From Schmidtea polychroa (Eukaryota), in the NCBI GenBank assembly GCA_044892525.1, contig CM097887.1, positions 50,406,001 to 50,470,000 of the forward strand: a stretch of DNA of 64,000 bases, given 5' to 3'. Positions 26,701 through 38,700 of the stretch are shown piece by piece (position 1 is the stretch's first letter; each line of letters begins with the position of its first letter). The notes below the pieces were generated by a model. That model had not been told where the DNA came from and ran no database searches. It saw nothing but the letters and a program-made list of their open reading frames with translations. The position numbers were made by a program, and so were the translations under genes.

Positions 26701-29700
26701 TCCCTAACCATCATCTTGTTGACCATTAGCTAATCTATACCTGTCCCGTTTTTCCCATTCGATTTCGATGATTTTTCCATTTATTGATTTTTCTCGGATT
26801 TCCGGATTCTTGCCTTTCGTAATTGCTTTTTGCCTTTTCTAATACTGTTTCCATCACACTTTCCTTTACTATTGATTCTGTGCACGATCCCGCTTTTATT
26901 TGCCTTTTTTCCTCGCTTACTTTCCATTTGAATTATTATCCTAATTTTTATTTAACTTTTTAATTTTAATTTACAGACCTCAACATATCTCCCCCCTTAA
27001 AAAATTTTTTCGTCCTCGAAATTTATGTTTTGCTGTGATTATGTATTATTACTATTATTATTGTTGTCGTTANNNNNNNNNNNNNNNNNNNNNNNNNNNN
27101 NNNNNNNNNNNNNNNNNNNNNNNNNNNNNNNNNNNNNNNNNNNNNNNNNNNNNNNNNNNNNNNNNNNNNNNNNNNNNNNNNNNNNNNNNNNNNNNNNNNN
27201 NNNNNNNNNNNNNNNNNNNNNNNNNNNNNNNNNNNNNNNNNNNNNNNNNNNNNNNNNNNNNNNNNNNNNNNNNNNNNNNNNNNNNNNNAAAATTTGATTA
27301 TATCCCTTTGTTTGTCGACAGTAAATATTGATAAGATGTGAATTATTTAGATCGAATTAAAAAAAAGATAGTGCTTTAGATATTTAGCCGAAATATTAAT
27401 TAATTTCTTTAATATCTAAATTATAAAGTTTCTATACGATTTTTGATTTTTAATAAATATTTTGATCAAGTATTTTTTTTGAGATATCAAAGTTTTAATG
27501 TCAGAAGATTTCCATTAAAAACTCCTTTCAAGATAACTTCATTATTTTATTACGAATTTATTCAATTGTAAAAATCCTATTTATTTTTTTTTTAATAACT
27601 CAACCACTATATCAATATTTTTTAATGAAAAGTAGAACATAAAGACAATGAAAGTAGACAGATGTGTTTCCGACAGATATAGGTCAAATTCCCAAACATT
27701 TTCAAACTTTGAAGTACATCACCAATCGATCCGGCACGTCTACCGTTTTGGGATAATATATTTCATTGGTTGTATGTTTATAGGCAGCATAGAGAATATA
27801 TTTCTGTCATCCGAAACGAATTCGATTGGTCGATTCGATAATTCCTGCTATTGAAGAAATTTTGAAACTATATCAGTTTATCACAACTGATTTTTTTTCA
27901 TTAATTGTCTCTCTATTAGTTTGTTAATGATATAAAATATATTAAAAAAAATTATATCGTTTTCCTTGTTCTTTATTGCCTAGACGGAAAAGCAGTGGAA
28001 AGTAATTTTATTTATATATTTTCAAATTATTTGCGTTACTTTAGGTTCAGCCAGCGACGGTGAAGGTAGATTAAAGGATTATCTGTTATTATGTTTATTA
28101 AAGACATGAAATATTTTGAAAAAATTTTTCCTTGTTCCTTATTGCATAGCCGGAAAAGCAGTGGAAAGTAATTTTATTTATATATTTTCAAATTATTTGC
28201 GTTACTTTAAGTTTAGCTAGCGATGGTGAAGGTAGATTAAAGGATTATCTGTTTAACTACAAAGGCTATAATCAGTTAATGTGAAGGTAGATTAAAAAAT
28301 TATTTGTTTAAATACAAAGGCTATAATCAGTTAATAAGGCCCGTTATGGATTTAACTGATGTAATCGATGAAAAGTTTGAATTAGCCCTTATTCAAGTCT
28401 TATTGTCAGGGAAATCGTATTTTTTTTTTATAGTTATTTAATTATAATTCTACTAATTTTTTTTTTTTGTTGAAAAGTATTTATTTTATTAATTTTTTTA
28501 AATAGTTATTTAATTATAATTCTACTAATTTTTTATTGAAAAGTATTTATTTTATTAAAAGTATATTAAATAGTTATTTAATTATAATTCTACTAATTTT
28601 TAAATTATTTTATCTATGAATGATATTTTATTGAAAAGTATATTAAATAGTTATTTATTTATAAATATAATTTTATGTCAAGTTGTAGAATTCTTTTCTG
28701 AAGGTCCTAATTAATGAAATTGTTACCAAATGATGACAAATATCATTATTATTTTATTTGTGCTGCTGCACGTCATTTAATGACTCTATCTACAATAAAT
28801 GTTATTTGATATATGTTTAAATTGAATATGAAAAATCTATGTATGGGTCAGTGATATAATATTTCTGAAAATAGAAATTATCATTATTCTTTTATTTATG
28901 TTGTTGTTTTTGATTAAAATTTCACTTAACTATATAACTTTAATTGGAATCATTTTCCATCACAAAACTCACTTATATACAACTTTTATCGGTTCATATA
29001 CTAAATAGTTGGTGGGGTTGGGATCCCAACGATATTTATTATTTTTTTTGTTTTATTGATGGGTTATAATTAATTCACTACCGCCTTTTCCACAGCATGG
29101 TAAAAAGTTAAAGTCTCCTACCGCACCGACCGACTCATGATATCACTTTGTTTACTCCCCATGATAAGCGCTAGCGGTGTCACTAATTGTCGGTAGTCCA
29201 CTTTTGTCTTTCCGCCTGATAAAGTATCTGCTATGAACATTAATATTCCGAATATCTAGATGAATATTTAATTATCCTACGGTTTTGACGTAGCCGATAC
29301 TGATAGGCTCTATAATTAATTACCCTGTGGTTTCTTAACGTAGCCCGTACTGATAAGCTTTCTAATTAATTACCCTGTGGTTTGTTAACGTAGCCCGTAC
29401 TGATAAGCTTTCTAATTAATTACCCTGTGGTTTGTTAACGTAGCCTGTACTGATAAGCGTTCTATATAAGTTTCTGCTTTACCACTTTTCGTTAGTTTTG
29501 TCTTGCCAATCTTCAAGTAAGCATTTTATATTTTATTTCTTTTTCATATTTTTTTTGAATTTTAGTAACGCCATCCATCAATTAATATGGACGTAAGTGA
29601 TTACTTGTCTTTTATTTTTTTGTGATTCTTTTTACCATGCTGTCCTCAACTATTAGTAATGCGTTCCCTCACAGCAACCGAGCATTTGCAATCGCTGTCC

Positions 29701-32700
29701 AGGGTAGCCAAACCCCGGTGATTGCAAGTGCTCGTGTTGCTTATTAAATTAACTTATTGATGCTTATTAAATTAACTTATTTACTTTTTTAATTTTAATT
29801 CGTTAATTTGTTTATGCAACTACCTACACTCATGTTTTGGGTTATATTTTTGATTTTTGATTTTGTATTTACACTAAAAGCAAACTTCTAATTACAGCTA
29901 CTCGTATTTTTCTGACAATTTTAGCCGTATTTATACTTATTAATTTATTACGTAATTCTTACAATCAATTACTTCCCTGCACTAATTATTTGTCGAGGGC
30001 GCCATGGTACGGAGTTTTACATAGTATTTATTTCGTTTTTTCTTTTCAACCCTTACTATTTTAGGCTGTGCCAGAACCTAAGTTTGAACATCTCGATGTT
30101 ATGCAATGGTTATTTAACTGCCATACTAACAGGTTTTTAATTTCTTTTTCAGGGTCCCTTTACCACCGCGTCGAAAGGGATTGAAACGTACCTTTGCCTG
30201 TGTGGATACAGGCAGTAGGTTTGAACGACGCCCGCCTTGCAATGTACGCAGGGAATGGGACTGTGGCATCCAAAGTCCCGTTCTGTTGGACTCTGATGAC
30301 GAATAAACTTTGAATAAATGTTCAGCATACCTTTGTTTTTAATTTATGCTAGAAAGGGTGGGGTAATTGTGTCCCTCTTCGCGATTAGTCTTTGTTACTA
30401 CTAATGTGAAATTATTCTTTACTTATTTAAAATTTTGTTCTCTCGCCCAGTGGGTTACCCATTGCTATATAGTTATGCTAATTCATTAATTACTAATCAG
30501 CCATATTATTTATTTCTAATGCTCATTTAAGGTAGTCATTTCATTATTTGCAACGTTTATTTGAGTTATTCTATTTGCTCGTTTAACTTTGTTCATTTTT
30601 ATCTATTATTCATTCATTTAATTTATCACTTTTTTACTTATTTATTTATATCAATTTGTTTATTCATTTGATTATTTGTTAATTTACTTATAATTATTTA
30701 ACTATTATTTTTTTTTTTTTCTCGAGGACGAAAAAACACCAACAGGGTCCGTTTAAATAATTTATTTTTTTAGTCTAATTGATTTATCTCACCATCATCT
30801 TCCGATTCCTCCATTTCTTCTACTCTCATTCGAAACATCGCGAAATCGGCTTCGTGTTGAAAAAATAAGATTTCCAAACGGTCCAACCGCCTTTTCAGAC
30901 GGAAGTTTTCTTCCTCCAAATCTGTTATTCTGCCCTGCATGCTACGAAACTTTTGTTTTAGTTCTTGCGTACTTGTTTTACACTCTTTGCATGTCATCTC
31001 CGAGGCTTCTTGCATTCTCTGAAATTAAATGATAGTTATTTTTTTTGTATCACTCCTTATTCGCAAAGCATCAACACCTCGCTTCGAATCTCAAACAAAT
31101 TACACAGTTCATCCTATGGTACTTATAAAACATGCACATTGTTAATATAAATGTAATATATTTTTATACACTATTCATGCAGATCACAATTTACAGTCTT
31201 GTCTCATAATATGATGATGGTTGAAGGATAGTTAGTTGTCTCTCTTTTACACATATCAAGATGGTGATGATTATGAATGTTATTGATAAGATGAGAAAAC
31301 CTGTTATTAAAATGTAAATGAGATATTCACAATAGTTGACTGTCAAATCCGAATTTATCATCATTAGTTTGTTTGAGTTAGGTTTTGTCGTCTCTTGGGT
31401 CGGTAATTGGAAAGGTGATGTGGTTGTATATGATTTTCATTTCGATTCATTGATTGTCTTGACTTCCACAAAAACTGTTTGCCATCTGCCTGGATCGGTT
31501 ATCCATCGCTGATATTTAACTGTTAATTCCCATGCCGTCTCTAAATCAGAAGTGTAAAGTGTAAAAAATTGATTACCGGCATCTAATATAGTCAGGGTTT
31601 TTTGTTTGTAGATAATAACAACTCTTTCATCATTTCCTGATTTTCTATATATCGTTACCGGTCCATTTCCAACACTCAGGGTTATACGATTTGACTCGTC
31701 TCTGAGATAGATAGACTGGGTCTCACTCTTAAATCGTGACCATTGGTTTCTCACTACCGTTCCATTTTCGAGGCATATGTTCTCGTAGTAGTTTGCATTA
31801 ACTGAATAATTTTGATTCATTTTCAATTTCTCGTAGCGGATAAATGATTTTCGCGAGTTAAGGGTGTCGACATTTAACCCTTGAAATGTGATTCGCACTT
31901 TCACCAAGTCCACTGGCTTCCAATATATATTGATTCCGTTTATCTCTGGCTCTATCTCGATCAAGTTTCGCATCTCTTTTGTGTGCACTTCTATCGGAAT
32001 TTGCGTGTACCACTTTGACATGTTCTGTCTCAACAGCCATTGGTATTTGTAATTTGGCTTTAACTTTCGTACCGCAACTATATCTTTATCATAATTCAGT
32101 TCTACCACTTGTGCCGTATTGTCTAGTAAATTAATAATTTCTATTTGGTCTGCGATCTCGCATTTACAGCTCCATACTATATTTGTTAGAGTGGAATATA
32201 TATGTATTTTCTCCATTCCTCGGATTTTGTTTACCGCATATGGTAAATCAATTTTTTTGCCGCTCGCAACTGTTACTAACATCAGCATTACTGCTACATA
32301 TAATATCTTATTGATGTAGCTGACTGGTGTTGGATTTTTCGTGAATTTCTGTTTCAATTTTGTTTGACCCGTTACTTTATTCTGCTTGGATCTTAAGGGG
32401 TATCTAGATTCATCTTCCTCTGGCACTAGTTTACATCGATTTGCATGCACAATCATCGGGTTAGCCTTTTTACTCCTGAATGGTAATAACTTCAAATTGG
32501 TTTCGGTGGTGTCGCACACTTTGTAGGGTCCTTTAAATGGTCTTTGCAATTTAGGCGATAAACCTTTGAGAGGTTCCGGTCTGTTCAGATATACTAGATC
32601 TCCAATCTTTATGCCATGCGCATGTGCTTTTTTATCGTATAATTCTTTATATTTCTCTTGGTTGTGCTTTATTGTCAAACCGGCTTTAGTCCATACTGAC

Positions 32701-35700
32701 TGCATTCTTTCTTGCATCAATGCTTTATAATCGGGTATCTCCATATATTGTGAAATTGGTGGTTGGAATTTGAGATCAATCGGCATATTATTTTTCCTTA
32801 AATACATCAAGTAAAAAGGGGTCTCTCCTGTACTTTGATTTACTGCATTTCTGTAGGCAAATAAACACGGCTTTATGAAGTCGTCCCAATCTTTCTGTTT
32901 TCGATTCACATATGATGAGATCATATTTATCAGTGTCCCATTAAATCGTTCCACCAATCCATCAGTTTGTGGATGATATGGTGACGTATTCAATTTCCAA
33001 ATTCCAAATAAGTCTGTGATTGATTTAAACATCTCACTTTGAAAGTTCTTTCCTTGATCAGTTAACAATTTCTTTGGAGTACCATAGCGAAATATTATGT
33101 TTTCCACAAATATTCTAGCAATCGTATCTGCTTTTTGGTTTGGAATAGCGTATGCTTCTGGCCATTTGGTAAAGTAGTCACAAAAAACAACAATGTATTT
33201 GTTTCCTTTTGTTGTTTCCGGTAATGGTCCCAGAATATCCATTGCCGTCATCTCCATTGGTGCTGCAGGTACTGGCATCGGTTTTAATGGTACTTTAATC
33301 TTTTTACCAGTATTTCTGCGGGTGATGCATACTTTGCAACTGTTACACCAATTTTTCACGTCTTGTTCCATTGTCGGCCAAAAGTATTTCAATTTTAATC
33401 TTGATAGCGTCTTGCGCTTTGACAAATGACCTCCCAACGCTCCATCATGATACTGCATCAGTAATGCATCTCTGTGCTTGGCTGGTATAATGATTAATGC
33501 TTCCCCATTTTTCCAACATTTAAGTATTCCATTATGAATTACATATTTGCTGTTTGCATCTGTAAGTCGTTTCCAGTCTTGTTCTTTTCTTATTTTGACC
33601 GCTTGTTCCATAAATTGTTTTAATTCACTATCGTTTTCCTGATCATTTTGAAGTTCAGACATATCATTAACAGCTTTGATTGCTGCGAATATAGTGCCTT
33701 CCACTTTTTCAGGTGTCCCTTCACTATTATTTTCTGGGATTCTCGACATTGCATCTGCATTCGCGTTAGCTTTACCTGTCCGGTATTTAATCTCAAAGTC
33801 GTATTCTTGGAGGGCAATTGACCATCGTATTAACTTACTGGCTGAATCTCTGTGTTTCATTAACCACTGTAATGGATTATGATCTGTATAAACAGTAAAT
33901 TTTCTGCCCAATAAATATTGTCTAAAAGTAGTAATTCCATACACTAACGCTAACGTTTCCTTTTCAATCGTTGAGTAGTTTTTCTCGTGAGGCCTCAATG
34001 ATCTGCTTGCGTATGCTATTACATGGTCCTTTTCACCTTCAAATTTTTGTCCCAATACCGCACCCAATGCAACGTTGCTTGCATCCGTCATCAAGATAAA
34101 TTGTTTTGTAAAATCTGGACATCTTAATATAGGAGTTGTTACTAATTTCTCTTTTAATGTATTGAAAGCGTTTTGTTGTATTTGTCCCCAAATAAATTTA
34201 TTGTTTTTCTTTAGTAACGTATTCAATGGTTGTGCGATATGAGAGAAATCTTTTATAAATTTTCTGTAATAGCTCGCCAAACCTAAAAATTGTCTAACCT
34301 CATCGGCATCTTTTGGTACTGGGTACTCTTCCACTTTTTTGATGTTATCTGGATTAGTTTGTAACCCTCGCCGTGATATTATATGTCCTACATAAATCAC
34401 TTCTGCTTTGCCCCATTCACATTTCGATGGTTTGATTTTTAATTTTGCACTTTTGAGCCGTTTAAATACAGTTTCTACATCCTTCAGATGTTCTTCAAAA
34501 TCATTTGAAAATATTATTATATCGTCGATATATACCAATGCATGTCGAATTCCTCGTAACACATAATTCATTCCTCGTTGGAATGTAGCTGGGGCTCCTG
34601 TTAATCCAAATGGTAACACATTGAACTCATACAGTCCTTTGCCATCCGAGAACGCCGTCTTTCCTCTATCTTCCTCTTTTACTCTAAATTGATTGTACCC
34701 TTTGTTTAAATCAATAACTGTGAAATATCGTGCCTCTCCCATTTGATCAAACATTTCTTGGGATACCGGAATTGGATAAGTGTCTTTCCTTGTAACTTGA
34801 TTTAGCTTCCGATAATCTACGCAAAATCGTAAGTCTCCATCTTTTTTCTTAACTATCACTATTGATGAGGAGAATGGTGACGCGCAGGCCCGGTTTTAGG
34901 CATAGGCGACGTCGGCAGCAGCCTAGGGCGCCGATTTACAAGCGGGCGCCAAATAGTTCTGCTTTTTTTATCAAGTAAATTAAATATTTTATAAACTTTC
35001 TATCTTTATATTGATNNNNNNNNNNNNNNNNNNNNNNNNNNNNNNNNNNNNNNNNNNNNNNNNNNNNNNNNNNNNNNNNNNNNNNNNNNNNNNNNNNNNN
35101 NNNNNNNNNNNNNNNNNNNNNNNNNNNNNNNNNNNNNNNNNNNNNNNNNNNNNNNNNNNNNNNNNNNNNNNNNNNNNNNNTTCCATCGTTGTTTTAGTCC
35201 GATACCGATTACTTATTTCTTTTAAAATTTAAAAAAATACAACGGAAAATCGATTTAAAAAAATATTTTGCAAGTTCAAAAAAGTTAACTGAAAAGCGGT
35301 TTTAAAAAAAATTTAGCATATAGCATGCTCTGAAATTTTTTTAAATTACGCAATAATTTTTAGTTTTATTTTAAAAGAATAAAGTCACATGCAGTAAAGT
35401 TTTAAAAGACTAAAGTAAATGTTAAAAAAGTTAAAAAATAAATAAACAGAAAGTGAAAAAAAAAATAAAATTTAATTAGTGCAGGGCTCAAATTTTTTTT
35501 ATTTAAAGTATATATAATTTCGGTCGTACTTCCAGTATAATTTTTACATATATACAACACAGTAATTTAATTTATATTGGATTTTTCTACACCTATTATT
35601 AAATCTATTATATTCTATTAATTTTTACTTGAGGTAGCATAATGGCAGATAGAAAAAAATTATCTGGCGCACAAAATAGAAAACGTAAAGCTGAAAAGAA

Positions 35701-38700
35701 AAATGAAGAAAAAAAGCAAGAAGGTGCTTTTCTGAAATATATTTGTCGTCAACAATCACAAGATAAAAATCGAAATGAAATGACTCCGAGAAAACAAGTA
35801 TACTGCAATTTGGAAGAGCAAATGGATAGGAACTCTACAACTAGAAATGCAGAGGTGCCTATTTTGACTGAGTTTCCACATACGAATGTGGAAGAAACTA
35901 TAGAAGAAACTGAAGTTGAAACAATTGAAGAAACTGTTGAAGAACCTATAGAAGAAATTGTATTAGAAACTATAGAAGACACTGAAGAAATTTTAATTAA
36001 TGAAACTTTGGAAATATTAGAAAGCGTAAATTCGAGTCTTGATTATAGTGATCCGGCAACTTGGTTAAATTCACATGACTTACGTTCTGGCCGTTTGAGG
36101 CAAATTTTGGTTGAACACGGACCAGAACAAATTGAAGAATTTGATTTTCCTCAAAATGAGAGCCATAGAAAATTTTCAATGAATTTTTATAGAAGGAGAC
36201 TTGCAAATGGAGAAGAAATGCGGCGTCATTGGCTACAGTATTCCAAAACAACTAATTCGGCTTTCTGCTTTTGTTGCAAAATTTTTAATAATAACCAGCG
36301 TGTAATACATCTCTCCGATAAAGGATCAAGCGATTGGAAAAATATGTCTGTAATTTTAGAAAGACATGAGAAAAATAAGGATCATTTAATTAATTTTCAA
36401 ACTTGGAAGGAGCTAGAATTGCGTTTAAAAAAGAATAAAACTATTGACCAGGATAATTTGCGTCTCATAAAACAAGAAGAGAGACACTGGCAACAAGTCT
36501 TAGAGCGTCTTATAGGTCTAGTTAAAGTGCTTGCTACGCAAAACATTGCATTTCGCGGAAGCAATGAAAAATTGTATTCTCCTGGAAATGGAAACTTCCT
36601 TAGCTTTGTAGAATATTTGGCCTCTTTTGATCCAATTATGGGTGAGCATCTTCGCAGAATAAAGAACAATGAAACACAAGTTCATTATTTGGGAAAAGAT
36701 ATTCAGAATGAGTTAATACAACTTTTATCTAAGAGTATTAAAACAAAAATTTTAAAATCGATTTCCATGGCTAAATATTTTTCAATAATCCTGGATTGCA
36801 CACCAGACGTTAGCCATACTGAACAAATGACGTTGATTATTCGTTTTGTCCATACAAATACAGAAAATTGTGATTTAGATCCCATATGCATAAGAGAACA
36901 TTTTTTGGGATTTGTGAAACTAACAGATACAACTGGTGCTGGTATGACCGATGAAATCGTTCAGATGTTAGCAGATATGTCATTACCTATTGAGAACTTG
37001 CGTGGCCAAGGATACGATAATGGTAGCAATATGAAAGGCAAAGAAAATGGCGTGCAACGGCGAATTCTTAATCTAAATCCACGAGCACTATTTGTTCCTT
37101 GTTCTGCGCATTCTTTGAATCTGGTTGTTAATGACGCTGTAAGCTGTTGTTTAGATGCTACATCATTTTTTATGTTAGTGCAACGAATATATGTCTATTT
37201 TGCCGCTTCAACACGTCGATGGGAAGTTTTAAAACGTCATGCTTCAAACTTGACAGTGAAGCCATTGAGCGATACAAGATGGGAGAGCCGAATCGATGCC
37301 CTTAAACCTCTACGCTATCAGCTAAGTAAAGTTATTGCTGCACTTATTGATATTTTTCAAGATACTTCTCAAACAGGAGTTTCTGGTAATACTTCACGTA
37401 TAGAAGCACAGGGCCTTGCTAAAGCTATTTCGAATTTCGAGTTTGTAGTTTCTGTTATTATCTGGTATGATATTCTTTTCAACATAAATATTACAAGCAA
37501 ACAACTTCAATCTGAGAAAATTAATATTCAAGATGCTATGAAGCTACTAGAAGATACCAAAAAATTTCTATTCAACTCCCGAAATGATGAAGGTTTTGAA
37601 AGAATATTGGTAGATGCGCGAGAACTTGCTGAAGAATCAGAAATTTCCCCAATCTTTAAACAAACTCAGCGTATCAGAAAACAAAAAAAACAGTTCGAAT
37701 ATGAAGCCAACGATGAGCCCATTCAGAACCCAAAAGAAAAATTTAAGATCAGCTTTTACTTCGCAGTTTTGGATAGAGCTTTAAAATCTGTTGAGCAAAG
37801 ATTCACCCAAATGTCAACGATAAATTCAACATTTGGATTTCTATACAACATACATAATTTGCAATATATTTCGTCAAAGAAAATATTAGAGGATTGTCTT
37901 AAACTGGAAAATTTTTTACGGCACGATGATTCTAAAGATATTGATGGTACAGATTTATTGAACGAATTGATATTTATAGCTAGACATATTCCAAAAAACT
38001 TATTGCCGGAAGATGTACTTAATTATATTTGTAAAAATAATATAGTGGACAGCGTTCCAAATATATTTGTTGCTTTGCGAATTTTATTAACCCTACCAGT
38101 TTCTGTGGCAAGCGGTGAACGAAGCTTTTCGAAGCTTAAACAGATCAAAACATATATAAGATCTACAATGTCACAAGAACGGCTTGTGGGATTAGCAATA
38201 TTGTCGATTGAACACGAAATGGCGCGTGATATAGATACGAAGTTGCTGCTTGAAGATTTCGCTAAACTAAAAGCACGAAAAATTAAATTTTAAATGGTTT
38301 TTGTTTTTATATATATTTTTGTGTAATAAATAAATGAAGTATAGTTATTTTATTTTCATTTACTTCTTTAATTATTGGGTTTGTTTCTAGACTAGAGGCG
38401 CCATTTTTTTAGTTTGCCTAGGGCGCCAAATACTCTAGCGTCGGGCCTGGTGACGCGCTATCTCGAATTATTCCAAATTCCTTCATTGCTGTAATCTGTC
38501 TATCGCTTTCATCTTGATGAACGTAGGGGATTCTGTATGGCTTTATTTTTATTGGAGTTTCGTCTAATAACGGTATTTCATGCTCAATTACATTGGTTAA
38601 ACCCAAATCATATTCGTGTTTGGCAAAGATATCTCGGTATTTCCTCAACAGTTTTGTGAATTCCTTTTTCTGCCTCTCATTTAAATCATTGCTTACCACT

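Noticed and set aside
38418-38449. C-terminus GPTLEYLAP of the 1959-aa ORF
   Set aside because: This is read-through into the hAT terminus, not the real end of the protein.
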